Translations under genes and position numbers: made by a program
Shown: piece by piece, positions 10,925 to 22,866 of the stretch
How the letters are laid out: every line of letters starts with the position of its first letter
Position numbering within the stretch: the stretch's first letter is position 1
Source: an uncultured Clostridium sp.
GTDB taxonomy: Bacteria; Bacillota; Clostridia; TANB77; CAG-508
Assembly: GCA_900553945.1 (NCBI GenBank)
Contig: USFR01000003.1
Coordinates: forward strand, 22,568 to 86,567
Direction of reading: 5' to 3'
DNA: 64,000 nt
Notes under the pieces: model-generated
Told to the model about the DNA's origin: nothing
What the model saw: only the letters and a program-made list of their open reading frames with translations
The model's database searches: none

Positions 10925-11001
10925 GCGCCTTTAGCTCAGTTGGTCAGAGCAACCGGCTCATAACCGGTGGGTCCAAGGTTCGAATCCTTGAAGGCGCACC
11001 A
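10925..11001 (+). tRNA. tRNA with CAU anticodon (most similar to tRNA-Ile2/lysidine type; could be elongator Met)
   Basis: 77 nt GCGCCUUUAGCUCAGUUGGUCAGAGCAACCGGCUCAUAACCGG...GGCGCACCA. Cloverleaf with anticodon loop CUCAUAA. Body closely resembles Firmicutes tRNA-Ile(LAU). Confidence 0.8.
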
Positions 11002-11005
11002 TCTT

Positions 11006-11091
11006 GGGTAGGTGGTCGAGTGGTTAATGGCACCAGACTGTAAATCTGGCGACGAGAGTCTACGATGGTTCGAATCCATCCCTGCCCACCA
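11006..11091 (+). tRNA. tRNA-Tyr (anticodon GUA)
   Basis: 86 nt class II tRNA. Acceptor GGGTAGG/CCTGCCC with a G-U pair, anticodon loop CUGUAAA, long variable arm, CCA encoded. Confidence 0.9.
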
Positions 11092-11177
11092 AGACAAGTT
11101 TTCATCGAACTTTTTGAAAGTCTTGATATAACTTAATTCCAAGACAACAAAAATTTTGATGAACACAAAAATCTTAA

Positions 11178-11206
11178 ACCGTTTCAAAAGAAACGGTCTT
11201 TTTTTG
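11178..11206 (+). terminator. rho-independent terminator after tRNA pair
   Basis: AACCGTTTC/GAAACGGT hairpin followed by TTTTTTT. Confidence 0.75.
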
Positions 11207-11207
11207 A

Positions 11208-11510
<303 letters not shown>

Positions 11511-11637
11511 CAAGTCAAAAAAATTGATGTTTTAGAGTTTTTAAAAATTGTACTATATTGATTTATTAATTATGTTTAAAAGAAAAAATAGAGATAGTTA
11601 AAACAATAAATAAAAACTTTAAAGTGTCAATAGCTAA

Positions 11638-13525
<1,888 letters not shown>

Positions 13526-13538
13526 AAAATTTTAATAA

Positions 13539-13943
13539 ATGGAGAAATTGAAAATGGAAAATAAAAAATTAAAAGAAAATAATATTGATAATAAATATGG
13601 AATTGAATATAAAAAAGTTGGAGATTATTATATGCCTAACTTGGTATTAGAAAAAGAAAAAATTATATTAAATAAATATGGAAGAATGAGACTAAAATTT
13701 TTAAAAGAAAATAAGAAAGCAGAATATATGATAATGTTTACAAAAGGAATATTGAATAAACATTTAAAAGAGATTCAAGAAACAGCACAAACAAGAGTTA
13801 ACATTATAATTGAACAATTAAAACAACAAAATAATTTAACAGAAGAAATGAAAAATACAGACCAACTTTATTGGATTAGCATGATGAATAATTTTAAAAA
13901 AACAGCAGAAGAAATTATATTAAATGAACTAATATATGTGTAA
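13539..13943 (+). CDS. TnpV-like transposon-encoded protein
   Basis: About 130 aa. YYMPNL...YGRMRLKFL...NKHLKEIQETA...ELIYV pattern typical of the TnpV family found beside serine recombinases in clostridial elements. Start is 13539 or 13554. Confidence 0.65.
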   Translation: MEKLKMENKKLKENNIDNKYGIEYKKVGDYYMPNLVLEKEKIILNKYGRMRLKFLKENKKAEYMIMFTKGILNKHLKEIQETAQTRVNIIIEQLKQQNNLTEEMKNTDQLYWISMMNNFKKTAEEIILNELIYV

Positions 13944-13949
13944 GAAATT

Positions 13950-14100
13950 ACAGGTAGGAGCAAACAGACAAATGTATTGCCAAATTTAATGTCTATAAGT
14001 ATAGCGAGCATAAGTTTTGTATTGCCACAAAACCGACAGCTTAAGCTGAAATGGGAAAAATCTTCCCCTATAACCCCTACCTTATGAAATAAAAAGTTAA
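13950..14100 (+). other. Candidate oriT region
   Basis: Intergenic, just upstream of mobC-relaxase. Direct repeat GTATTGCCA(A/C)AA x2. Inverted pair GGTAGG...CCTACC. Short hairpin GGGAAAAATCTTCCC. Confidence 0.3.
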
Positions 14101-14197
14101 AAAAATAGATTAAAAATTGTATAAGGAATTAAAAGATTTTAAGAAAAATTTTATAAAAAAATAGAGCAAAAATTTATGAAAAAGGAAGTGAAAAATT

Positions 14198-14485
14198 ATG
14201 AGAAATAGAACAATAGGAATTAATGTTAGAGTGAGTGAAAATGAAAAGAAAAAATTACAAAGGAATGCTAAAAAGAGCAACTTGAATTTATCATCTTATT
14301 TAAGAAAAGCAGGATTACAAAAAGAAATTTATTCAATACCAGATGAAGAACTTCGTAAAATTTACAATGGAATTGTTGAACTAAAAAATGAGTTTTCTTA
14401 TATGAATGATGAAGAAATAAAAGAGAAAATAACAAAAATGCAAAGTGATTTTCTAGATATTTATAATTATAAAAAACGGAGATGA
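14198..14485 (+). CDS. MobC-like relaxosome accessory protein (ribbon-helix-helix)
   Basis: 95 aa. LSSYLRKAGL motif characteristic of the MobC family. Directly precedes the relaxase. Confidence 0.65.
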   Translation: MRNRTIGINVRVSENEKKKLQRNAKKSNLNLSSYLRKAGLQKEIYSIPDEELRKIYNGIVELKNEFSYMNDEEIKEKITKMQSDFLDIYNYKKRR

Positions 14486-14490
14486 TGTAG

Positions 14491-15861
14491 ATGGCAACAA
14501 CGAAAATATGGGCAATTAAAGATAGTATATCACGAGTAATAAGCTATGCAAAAAATCCAGAAAAGACAACATTTTCTGATTTGAAACAAGTATTAAAATA
14601 TGCAGAAAATGAAGAAAAGACTATTGATAATAATGAAAAAACTATGTATGTAACAGGAGTAAATTGTAATGCACAAACAGCCTATGAAGAAATGATAACA
14701 GTACAAAATAGATTTGATAAGACCACAGGAAATGTTGCATATCACGCATACCAAAGTTTTAAGACAGGAGAAGTATCGCCAGAATTAGCACACAAAATTG
14801 GAGTAGAACTTGCAGAAAAAATGTGGGGCGAATATCAAGTAGTAGTTGCAACACATTTTAATACAGGCACATATCATAATCATTTTGTAGTAAATTCCGT
14901 TAATATGTTTACAGGTAAAAAGTTTAATTGTAACAAAGGAGCATATTATCATTTCAGAGAGTTATCAGATAATCTATGCAGAGAATATGGTCTAACAGTT
15001 ATTGAAAAGCCAACAGGAAAAACACCAAGAAGTATATATTTTGCAGAAAAACGAGGAGAACCAACAAAGTATAATGTAATAAGACAAGCTATTGATGAAA
15101 CAATGGAAATGTGTATAAATTACGGGCAGTTTAAAAAGATAATGTTAAAAAAGGGTTATATAATCAATGATGAGTACAGCAGAAAATACCCAACAATTCG
15201 CTCAATAAATGATAAAAAAGCAGTAAGAATGTATCATTTAGGAGAAGAATATTTACCAAAGAACATTGCAAACAAAGTTGAACACAACCCTTATTATTAT
15301 CAAGATAGATATATGGAATTTATACATCCTAAAAAGAAAAAGCAGAGATTCAAAGTTTATAAATATAAAGGCAAATTCAAAGATATTAGTAAAATGAGTG
15401 GAATTGATGTGCTATTTCTACTGCTATTTCATTTATTAGGATTACTACCAAAACGAGAAAACTATAAACCACTATCTTCAGAAATGAAACAAGAAATAAG
15501 AAAAATGGAACGATATTCTAATGAAATTAGACTTATTGTACGCGAAAAACTAAAAATAACAGAAGATGTAAAAAGCTATATTACACAGACTGAAAAAGAT
15601 ATTGATAGTGTTACTAATTTAAGACAAAAATACAGAAATAAGCTAAGAAATTGTAAAGATGATAACTTAATAGAAGAATATAAAGAAAAGCAAAATGAAT
15701 GCACTACAATGCTAAATAAGTATAGAAAGAATCTAAAAATAGCTAATTGGATTTTAGAAGATACACCAAAAGTTAAAGAAGTTATCAAAATTGAAATGCA
15801 AATGAAAAATGGGCAAGAAGATATTACTAAAACAAAGAAAAAAGACAGAAACGCAAGATAG
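14491..15861 (+). CDS. Mobilization relaxase (MobA/VirD2-like)
   Basis: 456 aa. N-terminal relaxase domain with 3-His motif HFNTGTYHNHFVVN and an upstream tyrosine region. C-terminal coiled-coil-rich region. Confidence 0.8.
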   Translation: MATTKIWAIKDSISRVISYAKNPEKTTFSDLKQVLKYAENEEKTIDNNEKTMYVTGVNCNAQTAYEEMITVQNRFDKTTGNVAYHAYQSFKTGEVSPELAHKIGVELAEKMWGEYQVVVATHFNTGTYHNHFVVNSVNMFTGKKFNCNKGAYYHFRELSDNLCREYGLTVIEKPTGKTPRSIYFAEKRGEPTKYNVIRQAIDETMEMCINYGQFKKIMLKKGYIINDEYSRKYPTIRSINDKKAVRMYHLGEEYLPKNIANKVEHNPYYYQDRYMEFIHPKKKKQRFKVYKYKGKFKDISKMSGIDVLFLLLFHLLGLLPKRENYKPLSSEMKQEIRKMERYSNEIRLIVREKLKITEDVKSYITQTEKDIDSVTNLRQKYRNKLRNCKDDNLIEEYKEKQNECTTMLNKYRKNLKIANWILEDTPKVKEVIKIEMQMKNGQEDITKTKKKDRNAR

Positions 15862-15999
15862 AAAAATAAAGGTTGTTATAATAAAGATAACAGCCTTCAA
15901 CTATTTATAAGGAAATATCAATAAAAAGCTATGAAAATATTGAAAATTGTGATATAAATATATAGAAAAAATAAAAGTTAAAGAAAGGTTTGAAAAATT

Positions 16000-16656
16000 A
16001 TGAAAATTACAAAATTTCCACAATCATGTTTGCTAATAGAAGCGGAAGGAAAGAAAATTTTAGCAGATCCAGGAACATTAAAATACAAAGAAGAATATTT
16101 TGATACTTGGAATAATGTAGATATTATTTTAATAACACATAAACATCCAGATCATTGTAATACTGAAATATTAGAAAAGCTAAATAAAAATATAATAATA
16201 TATGCTACAAAAGAAGTTGCAGAAGCAAATAAAAGTTTAAAAATAAGTATTATTAAAGAAAATGATATTATAGAATTAGAGAATATAAAAATAGAAGTAG
16301 TACATGCAATACATGGATACCAACCATTATTAAAAGGTGCAAAAGAGGTACACGAAAATGTAGGATATATTATAGATGATGGAAAAAACAGATTATATAC
16401 AACAAGTGATACAATTTGTTTTAAAAATGACTATAAAGCAGATATTCTATGCATTCCAGTAACGGGATATGGACTAACTATGTCAGCATTTGAAGCAGCT
16501 TTATATGCAAAAGAAGTAGGAGCAGTGCTAACAATTCCAATTCATATGGATAATCCAGCATTTCCACCAGATTTTGACTTTATAAAAGAGATGTTTAAAA
16601 AATATGAAGTTGAGTATGAAATATTAGAGAATGATGAGAGCATTGAAATAGAATAA
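16000..16656 (+). CDS. MBL-fold metallo-hydrolase
   Basis: 218 aa. THKHPDH metal-binding motif. Confidence 0.75.
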   Translation: MKITKFPQSCLLIEAEGKKILADPGTLKYKEEYFDTWNNVDIILITHKHPDHCNTEILEKLNKNIIIYATKEVAEANKSLKISIIKENDIIELENIKIEVVHAIHGYQPLLKGAKEVHENVGYIIDDGKNRLYTTSDTICFKNDYKADILCIPVTGYGLTMSAFEAALYAKEVGAVLTIPIHMDNPAFPPDFDFIKEMFKKYEVEYEILENDESIEIE

Positions 16657-16694
16657 AAATACAAGTGCAAATTGTGTAGAAATAGGAGTTAAAT

Positions 16695-17267
16695 ATGAAA
16701 GTTTTAATATTAAGTTTCAGCAGTAACCAAGTCAATGAAGATAGTTTTATACCAAATAAAATAGGATTAACTTTTTCCTGTGTAGAAGAATGCGAAAAAC
16801 AATTAAAAACATTAAAATATGAATATGAACATATTTGTATAAATAAAAAGAATATAAAAAAATGTCTTGCATGTGGAAAAAGAGGTTGGGGAATTTGCTT
16901 AGATGAACATATTTGCATACAAAAAGATGATTTCAATGAGATTTATAAATATTTGGAAAATTTTGATGCATATGTATTTATTACTCCAGTATATTTTCAT
17001 GAGATGAGTGAATCAGCTAAAACTTTTTTTGATAGATTAAAAAGATGTGATGCTTTCAATGATAATTCAAAAATAAAAGGGAAGAAAATAGTTTGCATTG
17101 CTTGTGCAGGTGGAAGTGGTAGTGGAACAGAAGAAACATTAAAGTCATTTGATACATTAAATTACTTTTTAGGAACTGAAATGTATTCAAGAATACCAGT
17201 AACAAAAGCAAATTTTGAAAATCAAAAAGTGATTATAAGTGATGCAATGAAAATGGAGGGGAATTAA
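16695..17267 (+). CDS. Iron-sulfur flavoprotein-like NAD(P)H-dependent FMN reductase family protein
   Basis: 190 aa. Flavodoxin-like fold motifs (FITPVYF..S...K.FFDR). Compact Cys cluster CLACGKRGWGICLDEHIC (CX2CX7CX5C). Confidence 0.6.
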   Translation: MKVLILSFSSNQVNEDSFIPNKIGLTFSCVEECEKQLKTLKYEYEHICINKKNIKKCLACGKRGWGICLDEHICIQKDDFNEIYKYLENFDAYVFITPVYFHEMSESAKTFFDRLKRCDAFNDNSKIKGKKIVCIACAGGSGSGTEETLKSFDTLNYFLGTEMYSRIPVTKANFENQKVIISDAMKMEGN

Positions 17268-17268
17268 C

Positions 17269-18063
17269 ATGGAAACATTAGAAGAATATTTAGACTTTGC
17301 AAAAGATATAGCAAAATATGCTGGCGAAGTAATGATGAAATATTTTACACAGAATAATGGCGCAAGTTATAAAGGAGATAAAACTATTGTAACACTGGCA
17401 GACACAGAAATAAATTCATACTTAATAAAACAAGTTAAAGAAAAATATCCTTCTCATTCAGTAGATGGCGAAGAAGAACAGTTTGGTAAAAGTGATTATG
17501 TATGGGTATGTGATCCAGTTGATGGAACAGCAATGTATGCTAGACATATTCCAGTAGCAGTATTTTCATTAGCATTAGTTATAAAAGGAGAATCAAAAGT
17601 TGGAGTAGTATATGACCCATTTACTGATAGTTTATATACTGCTATAAAAGGTCAAGGTGCATATAAAAATGGAGAAAAGATAACTGTAAATGATTACAAA
17701 TTAGATGATATGAAAACAGTATGTCATTATGATTTATGGCCAGGAGCAGACTATAATATATCTAAAGTATTACAAGAATTAGGAAATAAAACATATATTA
17801 TTGGATTAGGAAGTATTATAAGAGCTTGTATGTGTGTAGCTTCTGGAGATTTTACTATTGCTATTTTTCCAGGTACAAAACATAAAAATTGTGATATTGC
17901 AGCAGTCAAAGTGATTGTAGAAGAAGCAGGTGGAACAGTTACAGATTTATTTGGAAATAAACAAAGATATGATGAAAGTATAAATGGAGCAGTTGTTAGT
18001 AATGGAAAAATACATAATGAAGTAACTGAAACTGTAAAGAAATATTTAAAAGATAGAAATTAA
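17269..18063 (+). CDS. Inositol monophosphatase family phosphatase (IMPase/SuhB-like)
   Basis: 264 aa. WVCDPVDGT and GLGS motifs. Confidence 0.8.
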   Translation: METLEEYLDFAKDIAKYAGEVMMKYFTQNNGASYKGDKTIVTLADTEINSYLIKQVKEKYPSHSVDGEEEQFGKSDYVWVCDPVDGTAMYARHIPVAVFSLALVIKGESKVGVVYDPFTDSLYTAIKGQGAYKNGEKITVNDYKLDDMKTVCHYDLWPGADYNISKVLQELGNKTYIIGLGSIIRACMCVASGDFTIAIFPGTKHKNCDIAAVKVIVEEAGGTVTDLFGNKQRYDESINGAVVSNGKIHNEVTETVKKYLKDRN

Positions 18064-18088
18064 CAAAAAAACAATTGGAGGAATTGAA

Positions 18089-18640
18089 ATGGAAAATTAT
18101 TTTATAATACATGAAAGTTTTGGGAGTCCATTTGAAAATTGGTTTAGTTGGTTACAAGATTTTATAACAACAGATGGAAAACAAGTATATGTACCACAAT
18201 TTCCAATAGGAGTTGGATATCAAAATTATGAAAATTGGAGTAAATTACTTAAATATTATTTAGATTTAGGATTAATCAATGAAAAAACAACAATAATAGC
18301 ACATAGTATTGCGCCAGTATTTGTTAGCAAATTTTTAGTAGAGAATAAAGTACAAGTAAGAAAACTAATATTTGTATGTGGATTTAACAACTATTTAGGA
18401 ATAAATGAGGAATATGATACAGTAAATAAGACAATGTATTTTGACAACTTAGTAGATGTAAAACAATATGCAAATGAAATAATATGTTTCTATTCAGATA
18501 ATGATCCATATGTAAAATATGAAGTAGAAAAAGATTTTGCAAATAAGATTGCAACAGAGCAAATTTTAATATCAAATGCAGGACATATAAATAGTGAAAG
18601 TGGATATGACGCATTTGAAGATATAGTAAGTTATATTTAA
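18089..18640 (+). CDS. YdeN/RBBP9-like alpha/beta serine hydrolase
   Basis: 183 aa. IIAHSIA nucleophile-elbow-like motif. Size and order match the YdeN family. Confidence 0.5.
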   Translation: MENYFIIHESFGSPFENWFSWLQDFITTDGKQVYVPQFPIGVGYQNYENWSKLLKYYLDLGLINEKTTIIAHSIAPVFVSKFLVENKVQVRKLIFVCGFNNYLGINEEYDTVNKTMYFDNLVDVKQYANEIICFYSDNDPYVKYEVEKDFANKIATEQILISNAGHINSESGYDAFEDIVSYI

Positions 18641-18653
18641 GGAGGAGTGAACA

Positions 18654-19040
18654 ATGAGAGAAAACAAATTAACAATATTTATTAACAAACCTGTAAAAGA
18701 AGTATTTGATTATTCGTTAGAGTCAAATAATGTTCCAAAGTGGATTATTCAAATTAAAGAAGAAATTCCAGAGGAAAGACCAGTTAAATTAGGAACACAA
18801 TTGAGAAATATTGGAGTAAATAGTAAAGAATGGAATAAATATGAGATGATTGAATTTGAACCACCAAAGACATTTACATTAAAAAAATTAAATGGTGATT
18901 ATTTTGTGAAATATACTTGTTCTGAAAAGGATGGAGGAACTGAATTTGAATATTTTGAATGGGCGGAAAATGGTGATTTAGATGCATTAATGGAAATGTC
19001 TGCATTAGAATTATTAAAAGAGCAAATCGAAAATATGTAG
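18654..19040 (+). CDS. SRPBCC (START/Bet v1-like) family protein
   Basis: 128 aa. Weak family resemblance only. Confidence 0.4.
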   Translation: MRENKLTIFINKPVKEVFDYSLESNNVPKWIIQIKEEIPEERPVKLGTQLRNIGVNSKEWNKYEMIEFEPPKTFTLKKLNGDYFVKYTCSEKDGGTEFEYFEWAENGDLDALMEMSALELLKEQIENM

Positions 19041-19060
19041 ATGATATAGGAGAGTGAAAG

Positions 19061-20086
19061 ATGAGTGATATAGTAAAACAAAATGAAGTATTTGGAAACT
19101 ACTACAATAGAATAAATTTATTGATTTTAAAGACAAAACAAAATGTTATAAAAAATATAAATTATGAGATGGTAGAATTATATTATGCTATAGGCTCTAC
19201 GATTAATGAATTAATTGAGGAATATCATTTAGAAGCTTCTCAAAATAAAATATTAAAGTCTTTTTCAGAAAAATTGACACGAGAATTTGGAGAAGGTTAT
19301 AGTGTACCTAATTTGAAATTAATGAAAAAATTTTATTTAACTTATAAAGGTGGTTACACACTGTGTAACCAATTAAGTTGGAGCCATAATCGTTTAATAA
19401 TGAATATAGATAATGAGGCTAAAAGAAATTTTTATTTGGAAGAAACTATAAAATCAAATTGGAGTGTTAGACAATTAGAAAGACAAATAAACAGTTTTTA
19501 TTATGAAAGGCTTTTATCAACAAGTGAAGAACATAAAGAAGAAGTAAAAGATGAAATAAATATTTTAGAGAAGAAGGAGAAAGTGCAAGATTTTATTAAA
19601 GATCCTTATGTTTTAGAATTTTTAGACATTAAAGATAGAAGATTTTTAGAAAAAGACCTAGAATCTAATTTACTTGAACATATTTCAGAGTTTTTATTAG
19701 AATTAGGTAGAGGATTTTCGTTTGTGGCAAGACAGAAAAGAATAGATGTAGATGGAGATAATTTTTATATTGATTTAGTATTTTACAATTATGTACTAAA
19801 GTGTTTCGTTTTAATTGATTTGAAATTAGACAAGCTAACCCATCAAGATATTGGACAAATGGATTTTTATGTTAGATACTATGATAATGAAATAAAGTCA
19901 GAAGATGATAATCCGACAATAGGAATAATACTATGCTCAGATAAAAAAGATACAATAGTAAAATATTCTGTTCTTAATGATAATAAGAATTTATTTGCAT
20001 CAAAATATCAATTATATTTACCAACAGAAGAAGAATTAGCGAGAGAAATTGAAAAACAAAAGGAAGAATTTGAAGATAAAGAATAG
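19061..20086 (+). CDS. DUF1016 (YhcG-like) PDDEXK-nuclease-domain protein
   Basis: 341 aa. Conserved N-terminal region (NYEMVELYYAIGS...) and C-terminal nuclease core FYIDLVFYN...CFVLIDLK, typical of the YhcG family. Confidence 0.7.
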   Translation: MSDIVKQNEVFGNYYNRINLLILKTKQNVIKNINYEMVELYYAIGSTINELIEEYHLEASQNKILKSFSEKLTREFGEGYSVPNLKLMKKFYLTYKGGYTLCNQLSWSHNRLIMNIDNEAKRNFYLEETIKSNWSVRQLERQINSFYYERLLSTSEEHKEEVKDEINILEKKEKVQDFIKDPYVLEFLDIKDRRFLEKDLESNLLEHISEFLLELGRGFSFVARQKRIDVDGDNFYIDLVFYNYVLKCFVLIDLKLDKLTHQDIGQMDFYVRYYDNEIKSEDDNPTIGIILCSDKKDTIVKYSVLNDNKNLFASKYQLYLPTEEELAREIEKQKEEFEDKE

Positions 20087-20141
20087 AGTGGTTCCACAGT
20101 GTGGAATCAGAAGATAGAAATAATATGGAGTATATATTAAT

Positions 20142-21755
20142 ATGGTAATAGATAAAATAAAAGTGAAGAATTATAAAATATTTCAAGAAAAAACCATACA
20201 TTTAAATGATAATGTAAATATTTTTGTGGGTGAAAATGATGCAGGAAAAAGTACTATTCTTGAGATTGTAAATTTAATAACAACAGGAAAAATTAATGGC
20301 TATTTTATAGATAGACAAATTACAGCTAATTTTTTTAATTATGAAGTAAGAAAGAATTATATAGAAAACATAAAAAGTGGAAAATATGCTGAATTGCCAG
20401 AAATAATGATAGAAGCTTATTGTAAAAATAAAGAAGATTCTGAATTTAGAGGAACAAATAATACATTGGGAGAAGACTGTCCAGGAATAGCATTTTATTA
20501 TACATTTAATCAAGATAATGCGGATATTTATAAGAGAAAATTAAAAGAAGGTGAGATACTTGATATACCACTGGAATTTTACAAAATTGAATTTATTGGC
20601 TTTCATGGAAATAGTATTACTAGCAAGTATTTACCATTTAAAGTTGCAACAATTGATGCTTCAAAAAGAGACTATAATAATTTGTTAAATAGATTTGTTT
20701 CAGAAAATATGGAGCAATTTTTATCAGATGAAGATAAAGTTATGTTAAGGTCTGAATATAGAAAAAGCATAATGAGTTTTAATAATATACCAAATATACA
20801 AGCATTAAATTCAAAATTGAAAGAAAATGTAAAATTGAATGAAAAAAGTATAAGTATTAATTTAAAAGATGAGAATGTTGATAATTGGAAAGAAGATATT
20901 GAGATAGCAGTTAATAATATACCGTTTGATAATATAGGATTTGGAAGTAGAAATTCAATGAAGATAGAATTAGCATTGCAAAATAATAAAGAGACAGTTA
21001 GTACACTTATTATTGAAGAACCTGAAAACAATTTATCTTATACTAATATGGCTAAACTAATTTTTAAAATTGAAGAAAACAAAGATAAGCAAATTTTTAT
21101 TGCAACACATAGTAGTTATATAGCAAATAAATTAGATTTACAAAATATACACATAGTACATAATGGAAATGTGAATAGTTTACAGAATTTAGATGATGAT
21201 ACAAGAGAATACTTTAAAAAATTACCAGGTTTTGATACCTTAAGAGTTATTTTAGCGAACAAAGTAATTTTAGTTGAAGGACCAGCAGATGACTTGATTA
21301 TACAAAGGGCATATAAAGATAAGTACCACAAATTACCGATTAATGATGGAATAGATATTATTGCAGTAAATGCATTAGCATTTAAGAGATACTGTGATAT
21401 TGCTATATTAGTAAATAAAGAAATAACTTTAGTTACAGATAATGATGGTAATATAAATGAAAATATTACACAAAAATATGATAAATATATAGGAAAAAGA
21501 AATATAAGAATTTGTTATGAAAAAGATGAAACTTTAAATACATTAGAGCCAAGTATTTTAGCAGCCAATACTATAAATGGCGAGATTTTGGATGATTTCA
21601 TTGATGGAATATCAAAAAATGGATCAATGAAAGGAAAAACAAGAGAAGAAATAAATAACTTTATGGAAAATAATAAAACAGAATGGAGTATGAGGATTTT
21701 TGATTATGAAAAAAATATAAGATATCCTCAATATATATTAGATGCAATCGAATAA
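20142..21755 (+). CDS. OLD-family ATP-dependent endonuclease (ABC ATPase + TOPRIM), GajA-like
   Basis: 537 aa. N-terminal Walker A FVGENDAGKST. C-terminal TOPRIM (VILVEGPADDLII...DIIAVN). Confidence 0.8.
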   Translation: MVIDKIKVKNYKIFQEKTIHLNDNVNIFVGENDAGKSTILEIVNLITTGKINGYFIDRQITANFFNYEVRKNYIENIKSGKYAELPEIMIEAYCKNKEDSEFRGTNNTLGEDCPGIAFYYTFNQDNADIYKRKLKEGEILDIPLEFYKIEFIGFHGNSITSKYLPFKVATIDASKRDYNNLLNRFVSENMEQFLSDEDKVMLRSEYRKSIMSFNNIPNIQALNSKLKENVKLNEKSISINLKDENVDNWKEDIEIAVNNIPFDNIGFGSRNSMKIELALQNNKETVSTLIIEEPENNLSYTNMAKLIFKIEENKDKQIFIATHSSYIANKLDLQNIHIVHNGNVNSLQNLDDDTREYFKKLPGFDTLRVILANKVILVEGPADDLIIQRAYKDKYHKLPINDGIDIIAVNALAFKRYCDIAILVNKEITLVTDNDGNINENITQKYDKYIGKRNIRICYEKDETLNTLEPSILAANTINGEILDDFIDGISKNGSMKGKTREEINNFMENNKTEWSMRIFDYEKNIRYPQYILDAIE

Positions 21756-22866
21756 TGCTGTTATTATGGCTGCTGCAGGAGCTGGAAAAACGCATGACAT
21801 TTGCAAAGAAGTAATAGAAAATGCAAAAACAACGAACAAAAAGATTTTAATTACAACTTATACTAATAAAGGTATTGATTCAATTAAAAAGGAATACAAA
21901 AAACAAAATAATGGTGTAATAGATAAGAATGTTATTATTTTGTCATGGTTTCAATTTTTATTGAGAGAGTTAGTAAAACCATATCAAAGTTCAATATTAA
22001 AAGGAATTAATATAATAAACTCAATAGATTTCAATCATCAATATGGATATATTAATTTTAGTTCTAGAGGAACACCTAAACACTATATACTTTCTAATAA
22101 TAATATATTGTCTAATACTGTTAGTGAATTTGCAATAGATAGTAATGTAAATTCAAATAGTAAAGTAATACAAAGATTAGAAGATATTTATTCCCATATT
22201 TATATTGATGAAATACAAGATTTGGCTGGCGAAGATATAGAGATATTAAACTTACTTTTTAATTCTAAAATAAGTGTACAATGTGTTGGTGATGTTAAGC
22301 AATCAACATATACTACATATAATGCTAAAAAGAATAAAAAAGTAACAGGAATATATTTTATAGATTATTTTAAACAATTAGAAATAAATGGCATAATAAC
22401 ATTAAGATTCAATAATAAAACTAGAAGATTTGGAAAGGAAATATGTGAGTTTTCAAATAGTATATTTGATGACAACAATAAAATAGAATCAGATACAATA
22501 TATAACAAAGAAAATCAAGGAGTATATCTTTTAGATAAAAAAGATTTTGAACAGTACTTTAAAATGTATAAACCTCAAGTTTTAAAATTTGATGCAAGAA
22601 CAAAAACAGATTATGATTCATTAAATTTTGGACAATGCAAAGGAATGACATTTGATAGAGTTGCAATATTTCCAAATAAAAAATATAAGGAATTTTTGCA
22701 GAAGAGAACAAGTTTAGACTCTCCTTGTAAATACTATGTTTCCGCTACTAGAGCAAAATATAGTATAGTATTTGTAGTAGAAAAATTATTTGAAAATGAT
22801 AGGTTTAAATATATGAATATAAAACTAGAAGATAGTAGTATAAAAGTATCAAAATATATGGTATAA
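21742..22866 (+). CDS. Compact UvrD-like helicase, GajB-like
   Basis: 374 aa. Motifs: I MAAAGAGKT; II IYIDEIQD; VGDVKQSTY; C-terminal GMTFDRVAIF and YVSATRAK. 14-nt overlap with the upstream OLD-family gene. Confidence 0.75.
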   Translation: MQSNNAVIMAAAGAGKTHDICKEVIENAKTTNKKILITTYTNKGIDSIKKEYKKQNNGVIDKNVIILSWFQFLLRELVKPYQSSILKGINIINSIDFNHQYGYINFSSRGTPKHYILSNNNILSNTVSEFAIDSNVNSNSKVIQRLEDIYSHIYIDEIQDLAGEDIEILNLLFNSKISVQCVGDVKQSTYTTYNAKKNKKVTGIYFIDYFKQLEINGIITLRFNNKTRRFGKEICEFSNSIFDDNNKIESDTIYNKENQGVYLLDKKDFEQYFKMYKPQVLKFDARTKTDYDSLNFGQCKGMTFDRVAIFPNKKYKEFLQKRTSLDSPCKYYVSATRAKYSIVFVVEKLFENDRFKYMNIKLEDSSIKVSKYMV

